From the human T2T-CHM13v2.0 reference genome, Homo sapiens, in assembly GCF_009914755.1 (NCBI RefSeq), contig NC_060937.1: a DNA stretch of 64,000 bases. The stretch is one strand, 5' to 3'. The translations under genes and the position numbers were made by a program. This document shows, piece after piece, positions 61,601-64,000 of the stretch. The notes below the pieces were generated by a model. The model did not search any database. It was not told where the DNA came from and saw nothing but the letters and a program-made list of their open reading frames with translations. Positions within the stretch are counted from its first letter, which is position 1. The number at the start of each line of letters is the position of its first letter.

Positions 61601-62570
61601 ATTGCTTATAAATATGTATTAATATATCCAGTATCTGGGACAATTCTCATTCTTACCATTTGAAATGTACTCTGATCATTTATATTTGATTGTCAACTGT
61701 CTTTTCTGCTATTTTACATTAAATAAAGTCACTTACAGATTTTGTAATGATTTCATTAACTTAAGATCACTGCTTGCTAGCCTAAAAAAATGGCTTTGAG
61801 TCCAGAATGTACTTTTTGCATCACTCTTTAAGGTTATAGTAAGACTCAGTATAACCATTGAGTACACAGAAAGATTTGAAACATTAAAATTTTCTATATT
61901 GAAATAAAAACGAAATGCAAAAACAATGCCTTCATTACTAATTCATTCAATGTTTATGACCTTCTCTCTTGGAAGAAAATTAAAGAAATCTAAAATTCTT
62001 TACTCAGCAGCTGTTATATGATGACTGACTACAATGGGACCAAGGTTGTTTATCTGAAATACAATCCTCACAGCTGGCAAGTGTCAGAGTGCTATCTCTT
62101 GGAACTGCTGAAAAATCTGTAGTGAATTTCCTTAAAAACCTCAAGAAATCAGTATCTATTGAGCTTTTGTTGTAACTTTCATTTGTCTGATTTTTAAATA
62201 ATTGATTGAAAATTGCATCTGTACATTCATCTTTACACACATACAAGCTCAAATGCTTTAAAAATAGATTTGAAGGTTGGAAGAGCATCACAAATAAAGG
62301 GTAGTTATAAAGATCAGCTAAAAACAATTTCTTTCAAAGATAGCACACATATGTAAAATAAGATATTTGAGGGTGAGTCGAGTATAATAAACACATGCAG
62401 ACATATTCCTTTGAGAATGTAGTTTCTACTTCAAATTTATATATGTTTATATGGAGGTAGTTTGGGTGTCAATGTGATTATAAAGTATGCAATGGTGAAT
62501 AAATTGAGCAATTTATTTTCAAGAGATATATCTGCTTGTAAAGAGAGCAATAAAATAAATGAATGTGTGG

Positions 62571-62707
62571 TGTATTAGTCCGTTCTCACAGTGCTATGAA
62601 GAAATACTCAAGACTAGATAATTTATAAAGAAAAGAGGTTTAATTGACTCACAGTTCCACGTGGCTGGGGAGCCCTCATGAAACTTACAATCATGGTGGA
62701 AGGCACC
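62571..62707 (-). mobile_element. THE1 (C/D-like) LTR fragment, interrupted by HERV-L
   Basis: 'tgtattagtccgttctcacagtgctatgaagaaatac...aattgactcacagttccac...aaacttacaatcatggtggaaggcacc'. Confidence 0.88.
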
Positions 62708-63250
62708 TGTGATGGTTAATATTGAGTGTCAACCTGATTGGATTGAAGGACACACAGTATCGTTTCTGGGTGTGTCTGTGGAGTGTGGCCAAAAGAAATT
62801 AATGTTTGAGTCAACTAGGAGAGCCAGACTGACCCTCGATCTGGGTGGGCACCATCTAATTAGCTGTCAGCACAGCTAGAATAAAGCAGGCAGAAGAAGA
62901 TAAAAAGAGGAGACTTGCTGAGCCTTCCAGCCTTCATCTTTCTCCTGTGTTGTATGCTTCCTTCCCTCAAACATCAGACTTCAAGTTCTTCAGCTTTCGG
63001 ATTCTTGAACTTACACCAGTGGTTTGCCAGGGGCTCTTGGGTCTTTGGACACAGACTGAAGTCTGCACTGTCAGGTTCCTACTTTTGAAGATATGGGACT
63101 TGAACTGCCTTCCTTGCTCCTCAGCTTGCAGGCGGCCTATTGTGGGACTTCACCCTTGTAATCCAGTGAGTCAATACTCCTTAATAACTCTCCTTCATAT
63201 ATACATCTATTCTATTAGCTTTGTCTCTCTGGAGCACCCTGACTGATACA
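62708..63250 (+). mobile_element. MLT2A (MLT2A2-like) 5' LTR of HERV-L
   Basis: 'tgtgatggttaatattgagtgtcaacctgattggattgaagga' to 'ccctgactgataca'. Confidence 0.9.

Positions 63251-64000
<750 letters not shown>

Noticed and set aside
62004-62327. 107-aa minus-strand ORF or possible exon in unique sequence
   Set aside because: Non-ATG start, no recognisable homology and only weak splice signals

Overview
Primate (human-like), very AT-rich, gene-poor genomic DNA: an intergenic desert or a deep intron. No intact protein-coding gene, RNA gene, CpG island or CRISPR array is supported. Nearly all ORFs in the track are Alu-, L1- or LTR-derived or random. The window is a layered record of transposable elements: about 13 Alus, L1PA16/L1PB1/L1M, L2, MIR, MaLR and ERV LTRs (MLT1, MST, THE1, MLT2, MER41B, LTR8), the 5' part of a HERV-L provirus, and DNA transposons (MER58A, MER33, Tigger1, a near-full-length Cheshire, the piggyBac element MER75, MER47, MER81). 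It also holds one decayed RPL29 processed pseudogene. The most notable structures are: three Alus inserted serially at one target site; a probable ancient ~2.8 kb inversion splitting an L2 endonuclease region; a near-complete Cheshire hAT fossil; a TTAA-flanked MER75 keeping a PGBD4-like N-terminal mini-ORF; a MER41B LTR with one intact GAS motif; and a THE1>HERV-L>Alu nest. I found no convincing novel biological system. Repeat subfamily names come from recalled consensus sequences and need RepeatMasker/Dfam confirmation; boundaries of old elements are approximate.
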